64,000 nt of DNA from Azolla caroliniana. Its lineage: Eukaryota; Plantae; Polypodiophyta. Shown piece by piece: positions 43,909 through 57,900 of this stretch. Location of the stretch: positions 8,122,001 through 8,186,000 of the forward strand of contig JBHGNT010000008.1 in the NCBI GenBank assembly GCA_043228905.1. The letters run 5' to 3'. The notes beneath the pieces are model-generated. The model ran no database searches. It was not told the origin of the DNA and was given only the letters and a program-made list of their open reading frames with translations. Position 1 is the first letter of the stretch. Each line of letters begins with the position of its first letter. The translations under genes and the position numbers were made by a program.

Positions 43909-46690
43909 CTATTCTTCGTTCAAAATATCCAGAATGCTTTGTTCGAGAGTCTTCAATGGTTCATCTGGAATTGGTTGTTGTGGTTGTTGCTGCTGCTGTT
44001 GCTGCTCTGACTGGTCCTTTGGTGGCTGTTGCGGCTGCTCCTCCGTTTGTTGCTCTAACACCGGTGTCTCTGTCGTTGTCCCTCCGTCGTAGTGGTCTCC
44101 GGTTGACTGGTTCCGGGCTGGCCCTCGGCTGACGACGGTTCCTCATCACTAAGGTTAACCGTTGCCGCTTCCCGTGCTTTTTCTTCCCGAACCCGGGACT
44201 GCTCATAGCTTTCAAACTGGATTTGAGCGTCCAGCCTATCATCGTCTAGCTGAGCTACGAGTTGCCGGACCTGCGCCAACTGTTCATCCGCCAGGACTTG
44301 GAAGTCGTCGGCCAGCTCGTCCCGTATGGCGGTGAAGTCCTCGGAAGTCAACGTGTAACAATCATCTCCTTCCTTCCGCCGGTTTGCCACGTCTGCCCGT
44401 AGCAATTGGAGTTCCGCCGCATTTTGTGCCCACTTTGTCCACCATCTTACGGAGCTTTCGTCAATCAAGCGTTTTTTCTGATTCAGCCATGCCCGGAGGA
44501 TGCACTGAATCCGGCCCGTTCCCAACTGCGATTTGATCTCCGCAGCTTGCCGTTCCTCCTTCAATTGCTTGATGATTTTGACGTTGTCTTCCACCTGCTC
44601 CTTGTAATGCGTCAATTGCCTTTGATATGTGCTTTGTAATTTTTGCAATACCGTTGACGCTCTCTCCTTTTCTTCCTGTTGCTGCTTCTAGAGCTCCATC
44701 CGGACCTTCTCCGCCTCGTCCAATCGTCTTGTATTTTCTGCTCGTTCGTCGGCAAGCGCCGTTGCAGCCCGATCAACTTCCTGCTGGAGCTCGGCCACCC
44801 GTTCCGTATGCTCCGTTTCCAGCCGTTTGTAGTCCCGGTGCAGGTGCTCAAAATCATCTGTCTTTTGCTTGAGCCGTGCGTTGATCTGTCGATGGGCCCG
44901 GTCCTCACGGTCCTTCTGCTAGCGGAGCTCTTCCTTTAGCCGTTCAATTTCCGTTTCCGCCGTCTTCCGCAGCTTGTCCTTTTCCTGCAGCACTTTGTCT
45001 TTTTTCTCCCTTAGCCGGTCGTACGCTTGATGGCCTTTCCGGAGGCTCTCCTTTGCCCGGCGGAGGTTCTCAGCAGTCTTCTTTAATTCGGCTTCGGCCG
45101 CTGTCTTCAATTCCCGTTCACGGCTCCTTAGCGCTTCTTGTGCAGCAAGTTCATCTCTCAATTCCGCAAGCTCCTGGGCTTGCGCCGCATCTCTCTCTGG
45201 GATGGTTTCCGTTGTCGGGGTCTTATTAGTATGTACAGGTTGGTCTGGTTCTTTATTCTGTACACTTACCGGAGTCACCGGTGATTGAATCTGTGTTGCC
45301 GTTAAGGCCATTTTGGCCATTTTTGCTGTGACCTGATCCAAGTCTTTTTCAAGGCACCGGATTCTAGACCGGGCCGTCTCTAGTTGTTTGGTTGTGACGA
45401 GCAACCGTTCGCTTTGCGCTCTTTCTTCCGCCTCATTATACCCCACTGCTCCGGCAATCTGTTCGCCTATCCACCGGAGCCACAGGCTACCGGTGACTTG
45501 TTGTTGCGTTTGCACGGAGGTTTGACGGATGGGCTCGCATGTAGATGGATGGTTCCGCCTGATTGCGCCGAGTTGCAATTCCGTTTCTGCCCGTGGACCA
45601 CCCTGCTATCCTGGTTCCCCTTGCGCTTCTTCTTGGTTGGCCGAGGGAGGCTGCATTGACCTTTCCAGCTCTGGCGGGATGGGACTTGCCGGTGTTGCCG
45701 GTGGTGCAGGGGCTTCTGATTCCGGTGCCATGCGCACCGTTTCCGGTTCCTCCCTTGGCGTGGGAGTCTCAGTATGGGGAGCCGGTGTTCCCTCCGTCTG
45801 GGGGTCCGAACGTTTCCCGGCTGCCTCAACGGTCCTTGCCGACGACCGTCGCTGGAGGTGCTCCATAGGCTCTTCTCTATTTCCTCTTCCTAAGTCCCGA
45901 CATTGAGTTTTGCCGCCAAGGGGTCCGCTTCTCTATTCACCGGTCGGCGGAGTGTAACCTTTACGGGCCGTACCGGTGGTTCCTCCTGTGCATCCGTTGG
46001 CCGCTTCCGGTTGGCGCTCTCCTTTCCCGCCTGTTCTGCGTCCGCCACCTTCCCCTTAGTGGCCTTAGAGGCCAACAACTGTTGTCTTTTGGAAGCCGTC
46101 ATTGGGATGCCATTCGCCACTCTTCCCCGCTTCTTGGGTTGGACGGGTTGGACGGGTGGCACAAGCAAGGTGAGCCACTGCATTACTACGTGCCATATCC
46201 TCCGTCCGTCTCGGCCTTCTTTGTCGTCTTTGCCTCTGACGATCTCGATCGCCGCACACAAACCGTCTGCGATCAATACCGGCCAATCCACCTTGATCCC
46301 TTCATAGGTGGCGATGATCATCCCTGCCCGGTTCTGCGGCATGACAGGGGGTCTAGGGTACACATGGCCATATTCGTGGAGCACACGCGCAATCTCGCGG
46401 AATAGCATATCTCCGCCGCCCTGTGTCCGGTAGCCCTTGCTGGCTAGGGAGTACTCACCAAAATACTTGATGAGTTGCTCCAAGGTCCGATTGTCAATCG
46501 TGAGTATGCCTCCCTCCGGAAGGCCTGTTAACGCACGGATCGCCTCCGTCGTTATGATCTCTGTGTCGATTTCTTTGATCACCTTGTCGGCTTCTTTGTG
46601 TGGCGGTACCTCCATAATCATCAAGAAGCCCTCGAGCCCGTGTTACTTTAGCCATTTCTTGGCGACTTCCGACAGCGTTTGCGGGTCCAT
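43909..46690 (-). pseudogene. Disrupted extra ORF of element B
   Basis: Pieces 45890-46624, 45606-45866, 44919-45578 and 44055-44648, closely similar to the element A ORF. Confidence 0.85.
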
Positions 46691-47072
46691 GTCTGTGTCG
46701 AGGTCGGATTGTGGTGACGAGGTTGGCTGGTGATGAGAGTGAGAGTGAGAAAGAGAGAGTTCAGAAGGTGGGGGTTCTCTGTGCGTAGCTTCTCGTCTGA
46801 TGATCTTGCAGTGCCTTGGTGCTTCTGTGCTCCTGGGTTTGCGAAAGTAGAGGGTCTCCACGCGCAGTGGTTTTTCTCTGTGCATTCTAGCGCCTTTTTC
46901 GAGTGTGTGCACGTCGTGTACTAAAATAGCATTATGTCCTGTGGTGGCGCTTAAATGCCCACTACGTACCTTTTCGCTCCTCGCTCTTTCATCCATTCAT
47001 ACCTCGCTTTTGCATGATTACTTCGCTTTTTTTTTTTTTTTTTTTTTTGATAAATTTTAATGTGGTTTCAGG

Positions 47073-50000
47073 TTAGTTGTCCGTTGGTCCTATCGGACCC
47101 TTACCGGCCTCATTACGGTTTGTCGTCGCCTCATTCTCCCCTGTTACCGGCTTGCCGTCTCCTCCGTCTTGGTGGTTGCCGTTGCCCTCACAGGTTGCTG
47201 TTTCCTCACAGGTGTCGGTCCTTTGCTTAAATGGGTTCTTAGGCATCGGTCCTCTATATGGCTTCAATCGGAATCCGTTGACCCATTTGCCTAGCACTTC
47301 GCCGGCAAGTGTCCCTAACTGGTAGGACCCATTATACTCACGTGTCACCCAATACGGACCGGTCCATCTAAACCGTAGTTTACCCGGCATCTTGCCCATC
47401 CGGGTCTGAAATACTAACACCGGCTTGCCGATTGCGAACATTTTTTCATTTCCTTTCCTGTGCCGGTCGACAAATGCTTTCCGTCGCCGTTGTTCCAATT
47501 CTAAGTGCAGGATGCTTGCCAGTCGTTGTTCCTCGAGTTCACACAACGCTGTTAATCGTATTGCCTCCGACTCCTTCTCGTTCAGCCTTTCCCGTAGCTG
47601 GATCCATAAGCTGGGTACTTGGAATTCCACCGGCATTACCGCCTCTAGCCCGAACGCTAACCGGAATGGTGTTGTTCGGATGCTCGTTTTATATGCTGTC
47701 CGGTATGCCCAAAGCGCGCTATGTAGCTTGGTATCCAAATCCGTTCGGTTTTTGTTGACGATCTTCCGGAGGATATTCTGGAGCGTTTTGTTCGTCGATT
47801 CAGCTAACCCGTTTGCTTGCGGATAGTATGGTGTGCTCCGTTTATGGACAACGGCATAGAATGTCGTCAAGCTTTCCACTACTTGGCCAAGAAAGTGCCC
47901 CCCTTGGTCGTTTATTAATTCGATTGGGCATCCGTAACGGCACCAGATGTATTCATATAGAAATTTTGCCGTTGACGCAGCGGTGTTGTCTCTTAATGCT
48001 TTGGCCTCCACCCATTTCATGCAGTAATCCGTCGCGACGATGACGTACCGATTACCTATTCTCATTGCCGGTGGTTTGAATGGTCCAACAAAGTCTAGCC
48101 CCCACTTCTGGAATGACTCGAGTGGTAGTACAGGCTGGTGTGGCATATGAGCCTGCTTCGTTGGCTGGCCTATTCGATGGCATAGGTCACATTCTTTTGC
48201 GTACCATACCGCATCTCTTAATGTCGTTGGCCACCATAGGCCACTTTGCCATATTTTCCTGGCCGTCGCATCTCCGGCATAGTGACCTTCGACAACTCCG
48301 CAGTGGGCTTCCCTCAGTATGAGGTCCTTTTCATCGCTACGCACAACCCGTCTCCATATGCCGTCCGCGCCCTTGTGGTAAAGTGTGTCTTGCAGTAAGC
48401 AGAAATGTCGGCTTTGCACCGCCAGGTGTTTCCTTTTGTCCCGGTTCATCTCTTCCGAAGGCAATCCTGTGCTCAAAAACTGGTGCATATTTGTGAGCCA
48501 CTTGTCTTCTTGTGCCACCGTCTCATCTGTTGCCGTTTCCGTAGTGACTCGAAATAGCTCCGCATCCGGAAACTCGTCCGCTACTCCGTCACCCGTCTCT
48601 CCGGACTCTAATCGGCTTAAGTAATCCGCTACGGCATGCTGTATCCCGGGTCGGTAGAATATTTCAAACTCGAATTCCTGTAACAGTAAGGTCCACCGGG
48701 CCAACTTACCGGTGAGTGACGCCTTGGACACCAGGTAAAGGAGTGCCGAATGATCTACATGGAAGGAAAACTTCCTTCCCAATAAATAATGCCGAAACTT
48801 TGTCACACTGTAGATCATCCCTAGAGCTTCCCGTTCCGTGGTAGACTAGTTCCATTCCGCTTGGTGTTGTCTGCCTGGCCGGACTAGCCTCAACACAGGT
48901 GTCTATCCGACACTTCTCCAAAGGGGTGGTAAGGATTGGATGCTAGGTTACACGTGTAAGATGATTACAATTAAGCACAGACGGTAAAACAATACAAAGA
49001 TACAGATAACCACGCAATAATTCTATTTGTATTACTTCCGTCCCCAAACCTTTACAAATCATCGGATCCTTTTATAGGCATCCGGCAAGGTTACAATCGG
49101 TGCGCTTAGGCAACCGGCATCCGAATCGGTCCGGATCCAGATCGGTACAACTGTACCGAATCCGTCCCTCCGAATAATAATTATACTATTATTTACTTCC
49201 TATTATCTGATCTGACTCCGCCTTCCCACTTGTCCTTGCTCTTCTGACCGGTCAACACTTGGGATAGCTTTCGGCTGGCATAGTACACTGGCCGGTACCA
49301 CTTTGGCTCCGTAAGCTGCATCAATACGCTTCCGATTGCGATGTCGGAGGCGTCCACAAATACATGAAATTCTTTACTCCAATCCGGAGGCTGCACTATC
49401 GGTGCTTGCGACAATAGTACCTTGAGGGCCCTATACGCCCTATCCTCGGTGTCGGTCCACCGGAATGGTGTCCGATGTACATCGGCATGCAACGGTGTAG
49501 CCAGGTCGGCCAAGTATCGGAGCATCCGGCTGTGCCACCGGATCTGGCCTAAGAACTGGCTCAATGCCTTTGCCGTTGCCGGCACCAGTGCTTCTAATAT
49601 GGCTTTCACTTTGTCCGAGTCGACTGCAATACCTTCCTGGCTCACAATATGTCCTAATAAGGTTCCACTAGACACGCCAAATACACACTTTGCCGGATTC
49701 AAGCTTAGCCGGTATGCTCTACACTTTTCTAGACAAAGACGGAGGTGCTGAAAATGGTCCTCCTCCCGGCTATAGACGGCGAAATCATCAAGGAAAACCT
49801 GCATAAAAGACGGGATATATTCACCAAATATTTCCATGATGATTCATTGAAATGTTGCCAGTGTTGTTTTGAGTCCGAACATCATCACCATAGCCACAAA
49901 CAGCCCCCATTCGGTGACGAAAGCCATTTTCTCTTGGTCGTCGGGGTGCATCTGGATCTGATTGTACCCGTTGAATCCGTCTAGAAAACTATAGACCTCA

Positions 50001-53000
50001 TGGCCGGCGACGGCATCCAACACTCCATCTGTGAACGGATGTGGAAACGCATCCATTACCGTAGCCGCATTGAGTTTCCGGTAGTCCACACAAACTCGAA
50101 TTTTTCCGTTCTTCTTCAGTACGACTACGATCGGGCTCAGCCATGTCGCTTTCTTTACCGGACGGATAAAGCCCACTCTTAGTAGTTTGTCGATTTCCTT
50201 CTTGACTTTGGCGGCATAATTGGGATTGATCCGGTACCGTCTCTGTGCCACTGGTTTTGCGTCCTTGCTCAAGTGAATCTGATGCTGGTATAACTGAGGG
50301 TCGAGCCCTCGCATGTCTTCGTATGACCAGGCGAACACGTCACGAAATTCCGTGAGAAGTGTAATCATCACCGTTTTGTCTTCGGACTTCATCTCCTTGG
50401 CGATGTGCACCGGTTTTGCTTCGTCCGTGGTCCCTAGGTTCACCTCCTCAAGTTGCGACGCTTTTACGCGCTGTGACACGGCCATTTCCCGTTCCAACGC
50501 TTCCTGCGCTTGCCGTAACTCTCGGATTGCGTCCTTATCCGGTTCTGCTTCCGTCTCTTCCGGTTGCGGTAAGTATGGCGCTACTGCTTCGGCAATGTCA
50601 ATTTCGAAGAGGGATACGATCTTCGGGTTTTCCTACAAGTACTAAGCTTCTTCTTCATCAGCTAACCCTTCTAGCATGTTGACACATTCTGCATACAACG
50701 GTGTATATTCCTTGCCAGTACTAGTCCTTGGCTGTGTTGGTACCCGTACCTTGGCTTTTCCTCGCCGGAAGGTAATTATACTTTTCCTCCAATTCTGTTT
50801 GATATGTGCCGTTTTCAACCACGGCCGCCCCAACAATAGCGGGTATGCACCTTGTGCCTGTAAATGTAGCACTACTGCCGAGATGTGAAATGTATGACCG
50901 CCAACGGTGACTTCTAATTTTCGTATTAAACCTGTCGGCCGCACTGAGCTTGTATCGGCCATCCGTAACCAGAACGGACACGGCTCCCTCTCGTGGATTC
51001 CCAGGGCATCACACGTCCGGAGGCTTATTACATTCACCCCGGAGCCTCCGTCTATTACTGTGTCGGGGAGTTCTTTCCCTTTTATAATGACAGTAATTAC
51101 CGGACTGTTGGTGTCCACCACCGTTGGTCCCTCTTCCGGATTCGAGAAGAGTACCGATGCCGGTGATGATTCTCCTTCCGTGATGGTTGTCTTCAGTCCT
51201 TCCATGAATCTCGGCACAATCTATAGGAGTCTTCCTAGTGGCAGCGTAATCTGGCATTCTTGCAACGCTTGCCATGTCTCGTTTCCGGCGTGACTGCCGC
51301 CGGCAAGCCCTACGGTGTTCTCCTTTTGCCATTGTAAGTCTGTGACATTTTGCTCGTTTTCTTTCTTCACCCATTCCGTTGCTTGCTTTCGGATGGTCTC
51401 CTGCGTCTCCCATTCCCTGGCCATGCCTTTCGACCTTTTGGTCACTTGCTGTAGATCTGCCACTTCAGGGACTACCATATTTACTGCCGGTCGTTTGTCA
51501 TAGCTCTTCGCCGGGCATTGATTACTATAATGGCCTTCATGTCGGCAGTAGTAACAGTAGGCTTTCCGGGTATTGTTGGATTCAGCATTGTCTGTTGTAC
51601 CCGAGGCAGGTCCCATGGTAAGCATTGGGTTTTGGGCCGGTTGGCTGCTTGAAGCTCTTTGCTCCGGATCCCGTGAGTAGCCTCCTTTTTTGAAATGTCT
51701 TTTTTTGTTATAGTTCTTCTTATTGCAGTACTCTTGACGAGGTTGGTCATTATATCTGTCATATTCCTCCCGTTGCTGACGATACCCGGGGGAGTGCTCC
51801 CGGTCGTAATGTTCGTATCGTCTATTGGAATCCCGGTACCGATCATATCTATCCTGCCGGTCATAGTTATCCCGCCAATCACCGTACCGGACATCATTCT
51901 CCCGTCGATCGCAATACCGGACATCCTGTGCCGGTCGGTCGCGGTCCATTCGCCGCAAGCATTCCTCTTCTTCATCCCGGCTGTTGCATGGTTCTATTTG
52001 TCGGACGGGCAGTGCTTGCCCGTTCAATAGATTATACTCGCACCTATCTGTCATATGGCCCTTGGATTGACAGATTACACATTGCGTCCTCATAGTGCAT
52101 TCTAGTGCCGAGTGTTCGGAATTCAAGCAGGTTGTGCACTGTATTGTTTGCCGAAACTGGAGGTCTTCATCGGACGGTAACGCCTGTTGGAGTGTTCCCA
52201 GTGTGAGCCAGGAGCTTGTCTTTTCCATCTCTCGCACCTGGTCAATGACCTGGTCGATGGTACTTGCGCGGAAGTCAATTACCATGCAAACCGTGCATAG
52301 GGGTTCCCGAAGCGCATTTAGGAATATAGTCCGTAATTCCTCCTCCGGGCAAGCTGACTATGCATCTGTTGAAACCGGATGACAAACTGGGGAATGCTCT
52401 CCCCTGCCTCCTGTCGGATGGTATAAAATAAGCCCACCATTACTATCTAGTCCACCTCCTTTTGGAAAAACTGCAAGAATTTAGCTTTTAAATCTGCAAA
52501 GGTGGTGATGGTAGACGGGTCCTGCGTCCGACGCCATCTTGCTGCCGGTCCCTCCAATGTGACGCCAAATTCCGCTATCTTAGAGCGTTCCTCTTCCTCC
52601 GGGGTCAATCGCTGGGACACATGGTTTGCTTCCCATGTCTGTTCAAAGGCGTGAACATGAGCTTCCGCGTCCGGATCATCTCTATACTTGGAGTACTGGA
52701 ACGGCATGTCGTCGTCCGGTATCGGTGCACGGGCTGGCGGTGTTGGTGGTCGTTCCTGGTTTTTCTCCGGCGTCGGTGGTCTTTCCTGATTTGTTTCCGG
52801 CGTCGATGGTCTTTCCTCTTCTTTTGGTGACGGCGGCCTCTCCTCCTCGACTTCCGGTGTCGGAGGTCGCTCTTCTTCTGCTGGTTCCGGAGGTTCTAGC
52901 CTTAGCACTTCTGGTTCCGGTGTCGGTAAGGTGTCTGATCCTTCGTCCTCCGGTCCACCCGGGGTTTCGTTGCTGCTACGGTAGTTCGTGTGCACGTTGT

Positions 53001-53295
53001 ATTCCCCTTCGGAATCCGATTCATACGCTGAAAAGGCTTCTGCTTCGCCTTCTCCGTTTGCCAACGCCTGGAGAAGGGATTCGGTTTCCTGGAGGCTGCT
53101 TAGGCTGCTGCCGTCATCCGGGTGCGATGTTTGCTGTAACCAGAGGGAGTCCTCCGCTACTCTCCGGATTACGTTGGAAAACGAGCGATCCGCTCTAATT
53201 TCCTGCGCCGCTTGCTGGAAAGCCTCATGTCTCCTTTGCCTTTCGGCAAGGCGTCGAGTTCAATCTATAACCAGGTCGTGCGTTGATCTAGTCAT
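47073..53295 (-). pseudogene. Disrupted gag-pol of element B
   Basis: Gag 52447-53064 and 51221-52285; PR 50642-51217; RT 49844-50497 and 49193-49837; RH/IN 47073-48818. In-frame stops and a solo-LTR insertion. Start is approximate. Confidence 0.92.
48865..49257. mobile_element. Solo LTR (393 bp) inserted in the RNase H region of element B
   Basis: TGTTG...CAACA with TSD CTTGG; related to the LTRs of B and C. Confidence 0.9.
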
Positions 53296-53331
53296 CCATT
53301 CGTGTCGTCGTTCGCTGCAACAACAGGAATC

Positions 53332-53341
53332 GTGGTCGCCA
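53332..53341 (-). promoter_or_regulatory. Sense PBS of element B (a different tRNA-Arg type)
   Basis: TGGCGACCAC 7 nt after the 5' LTR on the coding strand. Confidence 0.6.
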
Positions 53342-54950
53342 AAAACTGTGTTAACTCTTAGGGCCGGACAATGGCCTAACACAGGATGTCTACGGAAGAA
53401 ACTTCACCAAAGGGGTGTTACGGCAAGAGGATTAGAATCAACAATTAATCCGACTTAATTAGGCTACTTAGTAAGATCGTCCTTAATAATCACACGCGTA
53501 AGATATAACAATGAATGTAGAACGGCAATTAACACAGAGAGATAAAAACACTAAGCTTTATTAATTAACCGCTACTCATTACATTGTATCCGGGCCTTTA
53601 AATAGGTTTCCGGTCTGTAGTACAAAACGGTGCCATCCGCACCTGTTCGGGATCGGTCCAGATCCGGAACGCATACCGATTCCGGTCCGTCCATCCACAC
53701 TCATAGCTTACTTACAACCATTCCTAATAATTAAATAACTCCCCGTTTCACACTCTGGACTCCTTTGTCGGCCAGGCCGGTAATAGCCGGATGAAGAAGG
53801 TCGGTGAGAGTCTCTCACCGGATGAAAAGACATATTTGTAAATAGAAGAAAGTATAAAAAATATATATATTACATGCATAGGGCAAGCTTCAAACCTTGC
53901 ACCTCCATGTTAATAATGTTAAGCCTTATCATTATACTAACGTATTATGAATTTTAAAGTTATACTAAACTTTATCCCATGTAAAATTTCTAGACATGCA
54001 TGGTACAAAAAGTTATTCATGCATAGACACTCAAGTTAAAAGAAAAGATGAGATAGAAAGCTAATCATGCACATGCAGTGTGCATGAAAACTAAAGATAG
54101 GAAAAGCATGATGTTTGCATGTGATAAACTTAGACTCTTCCAACACTATATAAGGAAGAGAGAAAGATGTATAGAGGTTGTTGATTTTTTTTACAAGGGT
54201 TGATTAATATAATATAATCGTGGGATCCACGAGTTTGCTAACTATTTTCCTCTCTTAATTTGAATACTCACTAATACACTATACTCATGGGATTCACGAG
54301 TTTTCCATATCTTTCTTTCTTACAATATATTTCATATTCTTAATTGCCTTAGAATTTTCTTTCCTCCTAGTCCATAACCCCAGCGGTTCCCACCCGACTC
54401 ACGCAACGATCCGGAGCCGCAAGGCACGACAGCGTCGCGTCACGTCTTCGATGGCGACGTTAGTGAATGTCAGCGGGTTCTTTGTCCTCCTCCTCCTCTT
54501 GGGTTTCAATGTTAATCTTTTGAGGCAAGGTAGGTGGCTCTCGCGCTTGCCGGCGCAGTTTTAGTTTTAGGGGCTTCACCGGTAGCTCCATCGGTGCCTC
54601 CTTCTCCACTTGTTGTTTCTGGCTTGGTCTTTCCTTCTCTGCCTGTGTCGGCGGTTCCCATTCCTTTTGCGCCGATCCTCCCTCTGACCATCCGGGATTG
54701 TGCTTGGCGAGGAATTGTTGCCGATTAGATGGCTTGGTGGGCATTGTTTCCGTCGTTCGAGCCCGCTTCTTGTCTTTTATGGCTAGTATCGGGGGTGCGG
54801 GAAGGGTGAGCCACTGTGCCACCGTGGTCCAAACCTTCTTTCCATCCACTATCGATTGAATGGCCACTCGCAATGAATCGGCGGTGATCACCGGCCAATC
54901 CACTCGAATCCCTTCATATGTTGTGATGATGAAATCGGCCCTATTCTTAG

Positions 54951-57900
54951 TGTTGTTGGGGTGGGGGGTAAAGCCTAGAATGGCTCCACCCCCCTCCCAA
55001 GGGGTTTACGTTAGAGAGAGAGCAAGAGAGAAAGACAACTAGGAAATGACACAAAATGAGAGGGGAAAAATGTATATCCATTACTTGCCCCATAAGGGGT
55101 TTATATAATACATAATGTAACGGTAAATAGTGACCGTTACAAAAGAGACGACCATTACACTCTTGTCACATGCACATAATTGTGCATGTGCTCACACATA
55201 CTCATTTACTTTACACATACACATCAACCACATCATTACACATACCCTTATGCCTCCCCTTATATTCATACGGGTAACACATGGCACGCCTGTGGGACAG
55301 TGCATTGCACGATGAACCCACTCGCCATGGCAACTCTTCTCGACCGAAACTCCATCGGTCGTCTCAACGGTCGGAAATCCCTCGACCGGACCACTGCTCT
55401 ACGATCGATAACTTCGATCGGAGCTTTGCTTGACTCGAACCTTCTCATTCGGTTAGCACAAGTTGCGATTGGATCATACACCAATCAGCTAGTTGAATGT
55501 GGCATGGGTCGTGAAATCGTGTTGTGCATTTGTGTATTCTTTCTTTCATCATGTGAAGTGATTTTTATATTTTGTACCCTTGGTCTCTAAAATTTTTACC
55601 CTCAAAAAGATTTTGAAATTTTATTTTCGGCCCTTGTGTTTTCGAAATTTTCTCTTCTGAACTCGAGCTTCTGAAATTCGATGTTATGCCCTCGAATTAT
55701 TGAAAATTTTATGAAATGCCCTTTCATTTTTCAAAATTTTCTTCTCTGCCCCTCTTCTTCTTCTTCTTTTGTCTTTTTCTCTCTCTATCTGTATCTTCTT
55801 CTTTCTTCTAATTTCTTCTTCGTCTGTTTTTCTCGTCTTCCTCCTTTATTTCTTTTTCTTTTCTTGCGTATGGTTTCTCTTTCTTGCGTATGTCTTCTCT
55901 TTCTTCTCTGCGTCGGTCTTCTGCGTCGGTCTTCTCCTGGCGACCTTCTCTGCATCTGTCATTCTGTCCGGCCGTCGTTTCCACTCGCCATCCGGCCACC
56001 GTCTAGCCGTCTATCGGCGGTCTAGCTAGCTGTCCGTCGGCCGCCCTGTCCGGTGATCGGTTTTGTCCGTAAACGTCTCCATTGGCCGGTTGGCTCCATC
56101 CGCTATCCACGGATGTCTCTGTTCGGCCTGCCCGTTGGCCGTGTCTTTCCGGCCCTCTGTCGGACGTCGGTCATCTCTCAGCTGGTTCGGCCGCCCACGC
56201 CTATGCACACGGCCGGCTCTATTTGGGGCCGTCTTTCGGCCTCAATTTCTCAACCGTTTGGCTAGCCGACTGCCGGACCGTCTGTCCGGTCGTCACTGTT
56301 CGTCCGCTATTCTCCGAATGTCTGTGGCTTGGCCGTCTCTTTCTCTCCTTCGGCTGGCTCTGGCTCTCTGTCTGTCCGCCGCCATCGGTTGTCGCCGTAT
56401 CACGTATCACGGTAGGCTCTTGGCTGACGCCGTATCACGTATCACGGTAGGCTCTTGGCTGACGCTGATCTCTCAGCCGATTCTCGGCCCAACCTTCTCT
56501 CGGCCATCACTTGGTCGTACACTCGGTCGCGCGTCTCGGCCGTACACTCAGCCACGCATCTCGGCCGCATTCTTGGCCGCGTGTCTCGGCTATACTCTCG
56601 ACCGTGCGTCTCGGCCATATTCTCACGTCTCAGCAGTGCTCTAGGCCACGTGTCTCGGTCTTACACTCAACCACCCTATGTCTTTGTTCGGCGGTTGCTG
56701 GCACCGACTGTTGGACCTCTGTCCGGCGGACCACATATAACTTGGTGAAATCTCTCTAATCATTGTTGTGTAACAAGAAGTTCTTGTCTGAGCGTAATGA
56801 GTAGAACTTATGCGATCGCAAGTTGCTTGCTATAGATACGATTCATCTTTCTCTTCCTAGCATGAACACTCCCATTGTTTTGTTCACTCTTTTTAGCATC
56901 TATGTCTGCAACAGACACGCATTGATGATGCTCTCCCTCTTCGGCAATGCCCATTAAATCTGTCTCCAAAGCTCTACCAAAAATCTTGGTCATAACCCAC
57001 TCATAGGCACTTCCAAGCTGAATTAAACCTGAAACCGTAGGATTGAACATGGTTACTGACATAGTGTTTTCGAAGAGAAGGTAAGGAACAATTTAGGGAA
57101 TGATTTTGGAGCGGGTAAAACATTCAAAAGCCGACATCAGTGCTAGTACATAGTACACAACCCATCCAGGCAACTGGGCCTCAGGAAATAAACATGGTCA
57201 TGGGAAGAATTATGCAGAACAGATTGAATGAGTAGAATGGAAGTATGAGCTTCCCAACCAAGAAAAAGAGAAAACGAATATCAAGTTCCCTTTCTTCCAA
57301 ATCAAGATCTTGGATGAATGATATTTGGAAGACAAAGACGAAATAGAAAGAGTTCCCTTTCCTTCTACTCCATCGGTCCTGAATGCCAGTGGTGTTGTTG
57401 CTTCGAGTATGCCTCATAACATTCCAGCAATTCACAGACACTTCACATACTTGGGAAGAATGAACTTCCACCCTTTAGATGAGTGCGGACTCTAATATCC
57501 ATATCTTCCATTGTGGTGCGCTCCAACCCTGTACCTGATTCTGCCAAGGTCTAGAAAAAGTTTCGCGAGGCTTGGAAATTATACTTCCTCTATACTTTCC
57601 TCAGGAAAACAACATTAGAGTTTCTTCTACGGCCAGACGCTACCCTGGTTGTCACTCCTCGTCCTCTTTGAGGGAGGGCACCAACAGAAGTCCTAAACCC
57701 TATGTAGCAGAGAATTGAGTACGATGCGTGATTAAGAACAGTAGCAGGCAAGGAGCAAGATGTGAGGAGGTGATCGTCATCGCACAGAGAGTAAGAAGCC
57801 ATGTGTTGAGCGGACAACTTCGTGATGGGATGACCCATCATGGCAAAAAAGGACGGTAGACATGGCTAACTGGACCTCTGCTTCATGCTTATGGAGCATC

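Larger units (their letters stand above)
43417..53785 (-). mobile_element. Element B: full-length decayed extra-ORF Gypsy element (LTRs 43417-43854 and 53349-53785)
   Basis: Paired LTRs; TSD GCCGG (43412-43416 and 53786-53790); gag-pol and extra ORF on the minus strand. Confidence 0.95.
43161..54431. mobile_element. Solo LTR (43161-43416 plus 53791-54431) split by element B
   Basis: Termini TGTCGT...ACGACA form a perfect inverted repeat; GCGT is duplicated on both sides; composition resembles the LTR at 23341-24596. Confidence 0.65.

Noticed and set aside
56380-56660. CRISPR-like short repeats (CTCGGCCG motifs; also 59034-59160)
   Set aside because: Degenerate tandem repeats without unique spacers, in eukaryotic TE context with no cas genes.
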